DNA from: an uncultured Verrucomicrobiae bacterium
GTDB taxonomy: Bacteria; Verrucomicrobiota; Verrucomicrobiia; Chthoniobacterales; JAATET01
Direction of reading: 5' to 3'
Assembly (NCBI GenBank): GCA_963719495.1
Contig: CAVRCI010000006.1
Span: 64,001 to 128,000 of the forward strand
Length of the DNA: 64,000 nucleotides
Shown here piece by piece: positions 36,879 through 45,493 of the stretch. The translations under genes and the position numbers were made by a program. Within the stretch, counting starts at the first letter, position 1. Each line of letters begins with the position of its first letter. Under the pieces are notes generated by a model. The model worked only from the letters and a program-made list of their open reading frames with translations, searched no databases and was not told the DNA's origin.

Positions 36879-38285
36879 ATGCTACGTAAGACCAAGATCA
36901 TCGCCACCCTGGGACCCGCTTCGACTTCGCCTGAAATGGTGCGAACCCTCATCGAAACCGGCGCCAACATTTTCCGGCTCAACATGAGCCACGCCCCCCA
37001 CGACTGGGTCCGCCAGGTCGCCAAAACCATCCGGGAAGTCTCCGCCGACCTCGGCACGAACACCGGCATCCTGCTCGATACCCAGGGCCCGGCCATCCGG
37101 ACCGGCGACATCGACTCGAAGCTCGACCTCAAGGTCGGCGACATTCTCGAGTTCACCGTCCGCGGCGCCCGCTCCGAGGAGAACTACTCCGTCGACGTGA
37201 ACTACGACGGCCTCATCAACGACATCAACGTCGGCGACACCGTCCTCGTCGACAACGGCGTCATCCACCTCAAGGTCCTCGGCAAGGAAGACGCCCGCAT
37301 GCGCTGCGAGGTCCTCACGAAAGGTACGCTCGGCTCCCGCCGTCACATCAACCTGCCCGGCGTGAAGGTGAATCTCCCACCACTCACCGAGAAGGACCTC
37401 AAGGACATCGAGCTCGGCGTCGAGATCGGCGTCGATTTCGTCGCTCTCAGCTTCTGCCGCGAAGCCGCCGACATCCTGGAGCTTCGACGCGTGCTCGACG
37501 AAGCCGGCTGCAAAGCCCGCACCGTGGCGAAAATCGAAGACCAGCACGCCGTCAAAGTCATCGACGAGATCATCCTCGCCGCCGACGTCATCATGGTCGC
37601 CCGTGGCGACCTCGGCGTCGAATGCCCGATGGAGGAGCTCCCCATCATCCAGCGCCGCATCGTCAAGGGATGCCTCGAGGTCGGCACCCCCGTCATCGTC
37701 GCCACGCACATGCTCGAGTCGATGATCGAAAACCCGCTCCCGACCCGGGCCGAGGTCACCGACGTCGCCAACGCCGTCTTCGAGCAAGCCGACGCCATCA
37801 TGCTGAGCGGCGAGACCGCCATGGGCAAATACCCGAAGGCCTGCGTCGAGGTCCTCGACCGCGTCGCCAAGCGCATCGAGCGCAGCGGTGGAGCGAACTA
37901 CGCCACCGAAGCCGTCATCACGGACCACCGTCAGAAATTGGTCAAATCCGCCATCGTCCTCGCGAACTCCTTCGAGCACGCCACGATCGTCGTCTTCACC
38001 CGCCGCGGCGAGATGGCCAATTACGTCAGCCACCTCCGTCCGGAGCGCGCCGCCATTTACGCCTTTGCGCCGAAGCAGGAAGTCGTCCGCTCCCTGGCGA
38101 TGAACTGGGCCACCGAAGCGATCCAGATGGAATTCGAAGAGCGCCCCGAAGCCACGGTCGCCAAAGCCGAGAAAATCCTCAAGGATCGCGGCCTCGTTGC
38201 CAGCGGCTACCGCCTCGTTGTCATCAGCGACATCCTCGCCGGGGATGACCGCTACGATTCGATCCACATCCGCGACGTCCAGTAG
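36879..38285 (+). CDS. pyk: Pyruvate kinase
   Basis: RKTKIIATLGP, RLNMSH, AKIE, MVARGDLGVE, MLSGETA. Confidence 0.97.
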   Translation: MLRKTKIIATLGPASTSPEMVRTLIETGANIFRLNMSHAPHDWVRQVAKTIREVSADLGTNTGILLDTQGPAIRTGDIDSKLDLKVGDILEFTVRGARSEENYSVDVNYDGLINDINVGDTVLVDNGVIHLKVLGKEDARMRCEVLTKGTLGSRRHINLPGVKVNLPPLTEKDLKDIELGVEIGVDFVALSFCREAADILELRRVLDEAGCKARTVAKIEDQHAVKVIDEIILAADVIMVARGDLGVECPMEELPIIQRRIVKGCLEVGTPVIVATHMLESMIENPLPTRAEVTDVANAVFEQADAIMLSGETAMGKYPKACVEVLDRVAKRIERSGGANYATEAVITDHRQKLVKSAIVLANSFEHATIVVFTRRGEMANYVSHLRPERAAIYAFAPKQEVVRSLAMNWATEAIQMEFEERPEATVAKAEKILKDRGLVASGYRLVVISDILAGDDRYDSIHIRDVQ

Positions 38286-38344
38286 GCAATTTGACGTTGC
38301 AATCCGGGCGATCGTCGACCACCTTCTGCGGTCGCTAGTAAAAA

Positions 38345-38418
38345 CGGGGCGTGGCTCAGCTTGGTAGAGCGCGTGGTTTGGGACCATGAGGTCGCAGGTT
38401 CGAATCCTGTCGCCCCGA
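38345..38418 (+). tRNA. tRNA-Pro (anticodon TGG)
   Basis: CGGGGCG/CGCCCCG acceptor stem, anticodon loop TTTGGGA, GGTTCGAATCC T-arm; CCA not encoded. Confidence 0.95.
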
Positions 38419-38682
38419 TTTTTTGACAAAAGCGACCAGGTTCGAACCTGGGTTCGAGCGCCACCGCGCAAAGCGCGCCACTAAAAAGACTGCGAAGCAG
38501 CACCGCGCGCCGCCTTCGGCTCTGCGAAGGCAATCCTGTCGCCCCGATTTTTTGACAAAAGCGACCGGGTTCGAACCAGCGCTTCGACCGCGCGAAGCGC
38601 ACCAACTGCGAAGCAGTTCCAAACCAAGGTAGGGAAGCCGCGCCGCCGGGTTCCGTCGCCCTTTCGCGACGGGCAGCAATCC
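38403..38682 (+). repeat. tRNA-linked tandem repeat, period about 129 bp
   Basis: 38403-38448 and 38532-38577 match at 45 of 46 nt and include the tRNA 3' end. Confidence 0.8.
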
Positions 38683-38950
38683 AAACCGAACCCCCGTCCA
38701 TCGGTCAATCTCGAGAACTCTCGGCGATCCACCGACGAACGACTCCAACGGGTCACCAAGAGTGGGCGCCCGGCGGCGTGGACGCCCTACCTCCCTGGAC
38801 GATGTCGCGGCTGAGCCGCGGGGCTATTTGGCGGAGTGCATGCGGACAGCGCGAACTCCCATCACCCCCCGTTTTTGGTTGAACCCCGCCGACCTTTTCG
38901 TTCGTAATCCTTGCCAGACGGTCTCCACGCGCCCACCGTCATTCCGAGTC

Positions 38951-40291
38951 ATGCCGCACGTCGCCAAGGATTTAACCCAGAAATGTCGGGAGTATCGTGA
39001 CTCCGCCGACGCTCGTGCTCAGGGTTTCTACCCCTACTTCCGGCGCATCGACGAGACGATCGGCAACCACGTGATCTGCGACGGTGAACGCAAGATCATG
39101 ATCGGCTCGAACAACTACCTCGGGCTGGCTCAGGATCCACGGGTTGCCGAGGCATCCTGTGACGCGCTCAAAAAATTCGGCGCCGGCTGCACCGGCTCTC
39201 GTCTTCTCAACGGGAACATCGCGCTTCACGAGCAACTCGAGGGGCAACTCGCCGACTTCCTCGAGCGCGAATCGGTCCTGCTTTTTTCCACCGGATTCTT
39301 CGCCAACCAGGGAGCGCTGGCCACGCTCACGGAGGACGGGGATTCCATCCTCTGCGACCGCGAGAATCACGCGTCCATCATCGACGGTTGCCTCTTCGCT
39401 CCGGCGAAGCTGGTCCCCTTTCGGCACAACTCCGCGGAGTCACTCCGCAACCGGCTCAAGCGCCTCCCGCCGGAATCCGGCAAGCTCATGGTGCTCGATG
39501 GCGTTTTCAGCATGTCGGGCGACATCGCCGATCTGCCACCGATCATCGAAACCGCCAAGGAATTCGGCTCCTTCACCTACGTGGATGAAGCCCACGCGCT
39601 CGGCGTGCTCGGGCCGGCCGGTCGCGGTTCCGTCCACCACTTCGGGCTCAACGACGAGGTCGATCTCGTGATGGGCACATTTTCCAAATCCCTTGGCTCG
39701 ATGGGTGGCTTCGTCGGCGGATCATGCGAAGTGATCGAATACCTCCGGCACAAAGCCCGGTGTTTTATTTTCACCGCCTCACTCGCGCCATCCATCGTCG
39801 GCGGCGTCAGCAAGGCGCTGGAGCTCATGCAGGCGGAACCCGAGCGCATCGACGCCCTCTGGCGCAACACGCGTAAGATGCACGGGGGGTTCACCAACCT
39901 CGGCTTCAAGATCGGCACGACGCAGACGCCCATCATCCCGATCCTGATCGGCAGCGAGGCCCGAGCGTTTCAATTCACCCAGCGCCTTTACGAAGAAGGC
40001 GTCTTCGCCACACCCGCGATCTACCCGGCGGTGCGTTACGGCGAGGCCATCGTGCGCACGAGCTTCATGGCGTCGCACACCGAAGAGGATCTCGATCACG
40101 TGCTCGAAATTTTCGGCAAGCTGGCGCGCGAGCTTGGCACCTTCGACGACCCCGCTTATTCAGAACCTGGACGACGCCGGAATGTTTTCGATTTCAGCCT
40201 GCAAGACACCGAGGGATCGGAAGACATTCGAAACGCTGCCGGAGCGACTTCACGGAACCGAGCCGGCATTCACGCCGCCCTTCCCGGGTAG
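38951..40291 (+). CDS. spt: Serine palmitoyltransferase-like alpha-oxoamine synthase
   Basis: FYPYFR, GSNNYLGL, GSRLLNG, NHASIIDG, DEAH, GTFSKS; gene context. Confidence 0.75.
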   Translation: MPHVAKDLTQKCREYRDSADARAQGFYPYFRRIDETIGNHVICDGERKIMIGSNNYLGLAQDPRVAEASCDALKKFGAGCTGSRLLNGNIALHEQLEGQLADFLERESVLLFSTGFFANQGALATLTEDGDSILCDRENHASIIDGCLFAPAKLVPFRHNSAESLRNRLKRLPPESGKLMVLDGVFSMSGDIADLPPIIETAKEFGSFTYVDEAHALGVLGPAGRGSVHHFGLNDEVDLVMGTFSKSLGSMGGFVGGSCEVIEYLRHKARCFIFTASLAPSIVGGVSKALELMQAEPERIDALWRNTRKMHGGFTNLGFKIGTTQTPIIPILIGSEARAFQFTQRLYEEGVFATPAIYPAVRYGEAIVRTSFMASHTEEDLDHVLEIFGKLARELGTFDDPAYSEPGRRRNVFDFSLQDTEGSEDIRNAAGATSRNRAGIHAALPG

Positions 40292-41297
40292 CGTCGCCAA
40301 GTTCATCTCGGCCAGGTCGCCGTTCGCGCTCCACGGTCGGATTTTCGCGTTTCTGGCCCTTCGAAATGGCGAACCCGTCGGCCGCATCGCCGCAATTCTC
40401 AATCGATCTCACAACGAATTTCACGGCGACCGCGCTGGGTTCTTCGGCTTCTTCGCTTGCGAAAACGACCCGTCGACCGCGGCCGCGCTCGTCGCAGCCG
40501 CCGCCGACACCCTTCGCTCGCTCGGCTGCAACGAGATCCTCGGCCCCTACAATCCCAGCATCCACGACGATTGCGGGCTGCTCGTCGAAGGCAACGACCT
40601 GCCGGCGGCTGTCGCGATGCCGTGGAATCCGGCCTACTACGCCGCCCTCCTCGAGGGGACGGGCTTCGTCGCCGACCGCACGCTTTACGCTTACGGGCTC
40701 GACCTTCACCAAGGCCTTCCCGCCCGCGTCACCCGCGTGGCCGACCGCCTCCGCGAACGCTCGAAAAACCTCACGATCCGATCATTCGACCTGGCGCGGC
40801 TCGACGAAGAGCTCACCCTCACCCACCGCCTCTACAACGTCACCCTCGACCGCAACAGCGGCTTCTATCCGATTGCCCTCGAGGATCTCCTCGCCTCCGC
40901 GGACGACCTCAAGGCCTTCGCCGATCCCGACCTTCTCATCTTCGCGGAGCTCGACGGCGTCCCGGTCGGATTCATGCTCACGCTGCCAAATTTCCACGAA
41001 ATCCTCCGCCGCGTCCGCTCGGTCCCCCGCTGGCTGCGCCTCCCGGCGATCCTCTGGCATTTGAAAACGAAGCCAATGCGCTCCGTCCGCCAGGTCATCC
41101 TCGGGATCGACCCCGCGCACCGCGACCGTGGCCTCGCCGCGCTCCTCTGCGCCGACATGGTCCGGCGGACCCGGAAAAAGGCGGATCGGGCGGAATGCTC
41201 CTGGGTCGAGTCCAACAACGAAGAGGTCATCCGCGTGATCGACCTCATGGGCGGCGTCCGCAACAAGACCTACCACCTCTACCGACGACCGCTTTGA
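40182..41297 (+). CDS. GNAT-like protein resembling bacterial ceramide synthase (bCerS)
   Basis: VGRIAA, GFFGFF, GPYNPS, MPWNPAYY, LPNFHE, SWV.ESN, KTYHLY. Confidence 0.75.
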   Translation: MFSISACKTPRDRKTFETLPERLHGTEPAFTPPFPGSVAKFISARSPFALHGRIFAFLALRNGEPVGRIAAILNRSHNEFHGDRAGFFGFFACENDPSTAAALVAAAADTLRSLGCNEILGPYNPSIHDDCGLLVEGNDLPAAVAMPWNPAYYAALLEGTGFVADRTLYAYGLDLHQGLPARVTRVADRLRERSKNLTIRSFDLARLDEELTLTHRLYNVTLDRNSGFYPIALEDLLASADDLKAFADPDLLIFAELDGVPVGFMLTLPNFHEILRRVRSVPRWLRLPAILWHLKTKPMRSVRQVILGIDPAHRDRGLAALLCADMVRRTRKKADRAECSWVESNNEEVIRVIDLMGGVRNKTYHLYRRPL

Positions 41298-42298
41298 AGC
41301 TGCTCATCACCGGCGCGACCGGCTTCGTCGGTCGCAATCTCCTGCTCACCGCGCTGGCCTCGTCGGACTACGACGAGATCATCGTCAGCGTCCGCGACGA
41401 GCCGAAGCTCCGCGCCCAACTCGCGGCGGAGGGGATCGAACCCTCACCCCGTCTCCGCGTCACCCGCTGGAGCGATTTCGATTCCATCGGTCCCGTCGAC
41501 CAGGCCGTCCACGCGGCCGGGGTCAGCTTCGCCCGCGACCGGGCCAGCTACTTCGCCGCCAACGTCGACGCGACCCTCGCGCTCGCCGCCGCTCTGCCGC
41601 GCGCAACCCGCCTCCTCGTTCTCTCGAGCCAGAGCGCGGGCGGGCCGACGCCGCTGGGGCAATCCGCTAGATCGTCCGCCGACGCGGATGCTCCGATCAC
41701 GTTCTACGGCAAATCCAAACTCGAGATGGAGCGGCGGCTCCTCGCCGCCCGACCCAATACCGCCATCTGGCGCCCACCGATGATCCTTGGTCCACGCGAC
41801 ACCGCCACGGTTCCGATCTTCGGAATCGCCCGCGCGCCCTTCCAGATCAAGCCGGGTCGCCGCCCGAAGACTTACAGTTGGATCGCCGTCGACGACCTCG
41901 ACCGCGCGATCCTCTCGGCGCTTCGCTCCGACGATTGGTCGGCGATTTCCGGTCGCCCCATCAACGCCGCGGCCCGGGATGTCATCACTGATCTCGATCT
42001 CATGACCACGGCTTGCTCCGTCGTCGGGAATCGCGCCCGCATCCTTCCCCTGCCCCATCCAGCCGTGCGGCTCCTCGCCAGAGTGGTCGACGCCATTCCG
42101 CCGCTCCGCCGCTCCACGCCCAGCCTCACCCGCGACCGGTCGCGGGAAATTTACCACGACCGCTGGGTCGTCGACTCGAGCGAATTTCAAGCCCAGCACC
42201 TCCACCGCGAGACCGCCACGCTCGCCGCCACGCTCCAAGCCGCGTGGAAATGGCTCGAAGCTCAACGCGGTGGCGTCACCCCCGCGAACCCCGCTTGA
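41294..42298 (+). CDS. NAD-dependent epimerase/dehydratase (candidate ceramide reductase CerR)
   Basis: ITGATGFVG, HAAG, SSQSAGGP, YGKSK, RPP.I.GPRD; TTG start overlaps upstream TGA. Confidence 0.75.
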   Translation: MKLLITGATGFVGRNLLLTALASSDYDEIIVSVRDEPKLRAQLAAEGIEPSPRLRVTRWSDFDSIGPVDQAVHAAGVSFARDRASYFAANVDATLALAAALPRATRLLVLSSQSAGGPTPLGQSARSSADADAPITFYGKSKLEMERRLLAARPNTAIWRPPMILGPRDTATVPIFGIARAPFQIKPGRRPKTYSWIAVDDLDRAILSALRSDDWSAISGRPINAAARDVITDLDLMTTACSVVGNRARILPLPHPAVRLLARVVDAIPPLRRSTPSLTRDRSREIYHDRWVVDSSEFQAQHLHRETATLAATLQAAWKWLEAQRGGVTPANPA

Positions 42299-42332
42299 TA
42301 AGCCCCCGGCTTTCCCTTATTCCGAACGTCCC

Positions 42333-43082
42333 ATGTTTCGCAGCTTCGTCCTTATCGCCCTCGCCGTGCTTCTCTCCGGCTGCGGGCTTCCCAATCGCAT
42401 CGGCAGTCTTTTCTACCGGGGAGGCGGGCAACCCGCCGAGACCGCGCAGCGGATGATCCGCGTCGATTGGTATGGCTACCAGTGCTTCCGGATTCAATCC
42501 GCCTTCAAGATCAGCATTCTCACGAACCCCTTTTCGGCCGGCACGACCAGCTTCTCCGTTCCCGAAGGCCTTGCCCCCGAGATCCTGCTCGTCACCAACG
42601 AAGAGAGCGACGTGAACAACATCGATCTCGTCACGAACACTCCCAGCATCTACCGGGGCAGCGTCGGCATGGGCACGAACACCTCCGCCGGCATCCGCAT
42701 TCTGGGCGTCCCGGTTTTCACGAATCCCGACGTTTCGGAAATTTCCGGCATGAACGTCGTCTACCGTTGGTCGATGGACGGCCTCAAATTCTGTTTCCTC
42801 GGCGAAATCGACCGCGCCCTCTCGAAGGCCGACGCCTCGAAGATCGGAGCCGTCGACGTGCTCTTCCTCCCGGTCAGCGGCACCCAGCTCTCCTCCACGG
42901 AGCGGGCCGACATCGTCACCCGCCTGCGGCCGCGCGTGATCATTCCGATGGGAAGCTCCCCGGCCGTGCGCTCCTACGCCATGGGATTCACTTCCCGCTA
43001 TCCCCTCAACGGCAACGCCGCCCTCCTCTCGCGCGAGGCCCTGCCCGCCCAGCAGACGGTCCTCCTCTTCCAAGCTCCCTGA
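42333..43082 (+). CDS. MBL-fold (Lactamase_B_3-like) lipoprotein lacking obvious His ligands
   Basis: Lipobox LSGC; WYGYQCFRI, VDVLFLPV, PRVIIPM. Confidence 0.7.
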   Translation: MFRSFVLIALAVLLSGCGLPNRIGSLFYRGGGQPAETAQRMIRVDWYGYQCFRIQSAFKISILTNPFSAGTTSFSVPEGLAPEILLVTNEESDVNNIDLVTNTPSIYRGSVGMGTNTSAGIRILGVPVFTNPDVSEISGMNVVYRWSMDGLKFCFLGEIDRALSKADASKIGAVDVLFLPVSGTQLSSTERADIVTRLRPRVIIPMGSSPAVRSYAMGFTSRYPLNGNAALLSREALPAQQTVLLFQAP

Positions 43083-43095
43083 TTTCCCCAATCTC

Positions 43096-44355
43096 ATGAA
43101 CATCCTCATCGTCGGCTCCGGTGGCCGCGAACACGCCCTCGCTTGGAAGCTCGCCCAATCTCCCCGGGTCGAAAAAATCTTCACCGCTCCCGGCAACTCC
43201 GGCACCGCCCTCCACGGCACGAATCTCCCGATCCCCGCCGGCGACAACGCCGCGATCGTCGCCGCCGCCCGCGAGCACTCCGCCGGCCTCGTCGTGATCG
43301 GACCCGACGACGCCCTGGCCGCGGGCCTCGCCGACGACCTCACCGCCGCCGGCATCCCCGCCTTCGGGCCCACCGCCGCCGCCGCCCGGCTCGAATCGTC
43401 CAAGGCATTTGCAAAAGATTTCATGCGCCGTCACGGCATCCCGACGGCCGACGGGCACGAATTCACCGACAGCGGCGAAGCCCACCTCCACTGCCGAACG
43501 GCGCGCTACCCGCTCGTCATCAAGGCCGACGGCCTCGCGCTCGGCAAAGGCGTCGTCATCGCCGAAAATCCCTCCGAAGCCGGCCACGCGCTCTACCGCG
43601 CCATGGACGCCGGGCAATTCGGCGACGCCGGACGCCGCGTCATTATCGAGGAATTCCTCGACGGCACCGAGTGCTCGATCCACGCGCTCTTCGACGGATC
43701 GACCTACTCGCTCCTCCCCGATTGCCGTGACCACAAGCAGGCCCACGACGGCGGCCTCGGCCCGAACACCGGCGGCATGGGCACCGTTTCACCCTCCCAA
43801 GCCCTCACCCCCGAGCTCGAAGCGCTGGTCCGCGAGCAAATCCTCGACCGCATCCTCGCCGGACTCCAGGCCGACGGTATCGACTTCCGGGGCACGCTTT
43901 TCCCCGGCCTCATGCTCACCGCCGACGGTCCGAAGGTGCTGGAATTCAATTGCCGCTTCGGTGACCCCGAGACCCAGGTCCTCGTTCGCCGCCTCGACAG
44001 CGACCTCCTCGATCTACTCGAAGCCTGCACCGTCGGCACGCTCGCCGACCAAACCCCCCAGTGGAGCGACCGCAGCGCCGTCTGCGTCGTCCTCGCATCC
44101 GGCGGCTACCCCGGTTCCTACGAGACGGGCAAACCTCTCTTCGGCCTCGACGAAGCCAGCGCGCTCCCGGACGTAACCGTCTTCCAAGCCGGCACCGCCT
44201 CCGTGGACGGCACCACCATCACCGCCGGCGGCCGCGTCCTCGGCGTTACCGCCACGGGTGCCGACCTCGCCGCGGCGCGCAACGCCGCCTACGCCGCCGC
44301 GGACCAGATTCGCTTTGATAAAGTGCACCGCCGTAACGACATTGGCTTTCTTTGA
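43096..44355 (+). CDS. purD: Phosphoribosylamine--glycine ligase
   Basis: GSGGREHALAW, IKADGLALGKGV, GPNTGGMG, EFNCRFGDPETQ. Confidence 0.97.
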   Translation: MNILIVGSGGREHALAWKLAQSPRVEKIFTAPGNSGTALHGTNLPIPAGDNAAIVAAAREHSAGLVVIGPDDALAAGLADDLTAAGIPAFGPTAAAARLESSKAFAKDFMRRHGIPTADGHEFTDSGEAHLHCRTARYPLVIKADGLALGKGVVIAENPSEAGHALYRAMDAGQFGDAGRRVIIEEFLDGTECSIHALFDGSTYSLLPDCRDHKQAHDGGLGPNTGGMGTVSPSQALTPELEALVREQILDRILAGLQADGIDFRGTLFPGLMLTADGPKVLEFNCRFGDPETQVLVRRLDSDLLDLLEACTVGTLADQTPQWSDRSAVCVVLASGGYPGSYETGKPLFGLDEASALPDVTVFQAGTASVDGTTITAGGRVLGVTATGADLAAARNAAYAAADQIRFDKVHRRNDIGFL

Positions 44356-45491
44356 AAACGAAAGCCCTGCTCCGCCTCTGGCCCCTCCTCGGCGCCACCG
44401 CCGCCCTCCACGCCCAGGACGTCCGCCCGGCGCAACCCGTCCCCGTGGCCCCGGCGATCCCCGTCGACGCCACGCCGACGCCGACACCTGAGCCGACCCC
44501 AGCGCCCACGCCCGTTCCACCCCCGCCGCCGCTGCGCGAGATGGTCGACGGCCTCAGCGAATCCCAGACCGAACAAGCCATTTCCGCCCTCACCTCCGAT
44601 TTCCTGGATCCGTCCAAGACGGTGGATAAATCCATCCGCCGGGCGACCCTCGAAGGCCTCGTCCGCCGCCTGGCCCCGGGCGCCAGCGTGACAACCGAAG
44701 ACGACGCCAACCGCGAGTTCCTCCCCGGCGATTTTCTCGCCGAGATCCTCGACTCCCGCATCGGCTACCTCCGCCTCGGCGGCCTCGACAAGGCATCACT
44801 CGCGCAGATGGATTCCGCCCTCGAAAATTTCGTCGGCAAGAAGCTCGACGCCGTGATTCTCGACCTTCGCGACACCGCCCCCTCCGGCGATTTCGACACC
44901 GCCGCCGACTTCGCCCGCCGTTTTGCTCCCAAGGGCAGGATTCTCTTCTCGATCCAGAAGCCCAGCGTCAAGCAGGAGCGCATCCTCACTTCCAACCAGG
45001 CCCCCGCCTTCGAAGGTGTCCTCGTCGTTCTCACCGACCGCGACACCGCCGGAGCCGCCGAGGCCCTCGCCGCCACGCTTCGCCTCAACGCCCACGCCAT
45101 GATCGTCGGCGAGACCACCGCCGGAGAAGCCGTCGAATTCTCGAACGTTTCCCTCGGAGACGGCAAGATCCTCCGCGTCGCCATCGCCCAGGTCGTCCTC
45201 CCCGAGACCGGCCCGATTTTTCCCGGCGGCGTCAGCCCCGACATCGCCGCCTCCCTGCCAGCCCGGGCCCAGGCCGAAATTTTCGCCCTCAGCCGCGAAC
45301 AGGGCGTCAGCCAATTCATCTTCGAAAACGAGCGGCCTCACCTCAACGAAGCCGCCCTCGTCGCCAACACGAACCCCGAGATCGACCCCAACCTCGCCAA
45401 CCAGACCCGACAGGACAAATGGGACTCCGTCCTCCAGCGCGCCGTCGACCTCGTCACCGCCATCAGCTTCTACAATCCGCCGACCCGCTAG
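44352..45491 (+). CDS. S41 peptidase-like protein (catalytic residues appear substituted)
   Basis: IGYLRL, VILDLR, TAGAAE, IVGETTAGEA, GVSPDI. Confidence 0.75.
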   Translation: MKTKALLRLWPLLGATAALHAQDVRPAQPVPVAPAIPVDATPTPTPEPTPAPTPVPPPPPLREMVDGLSESQTEQAISALTSDFLDPSKTVDKSIRRATLEGLVRRLAPGASVTTEDDANREFLPGDFLAEILDSRIGYLRLGGLDKASLAQMDSALENFVGKKLDAVILDLRDTAPSGDFDTAADFARRFAPKGRILFSIQKPSVKQERILTSNQAPAFEGVLVVLTDRDTAGAAEALAATLRLNAHAMIVGETTAGEAVEFSNVSLGDGKILRVAIAQVVLPETGPIFPGGVSPDIAASLPARAQAEIFALSREQGVSQFIFENERPHLNEAALVANTNPEIDPNLANQTRQDKWDSVLQRAVDLVTAISFYNPPTR

Positions 45492-45493
45492 CG

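Noticed and set aside
38532..38577. Second tRNA gene
   Set aside because: Only the 3' 16 nt of the tRNA are repeated; there is no D or anticodon arm.
38951..40291. bioF or kbl assignment
   Set aside because: The YPYFR N-terminus and the bCerS/CerR-like neighbours favour SPT, and no biotin genes are adjacent; not fully excluded.
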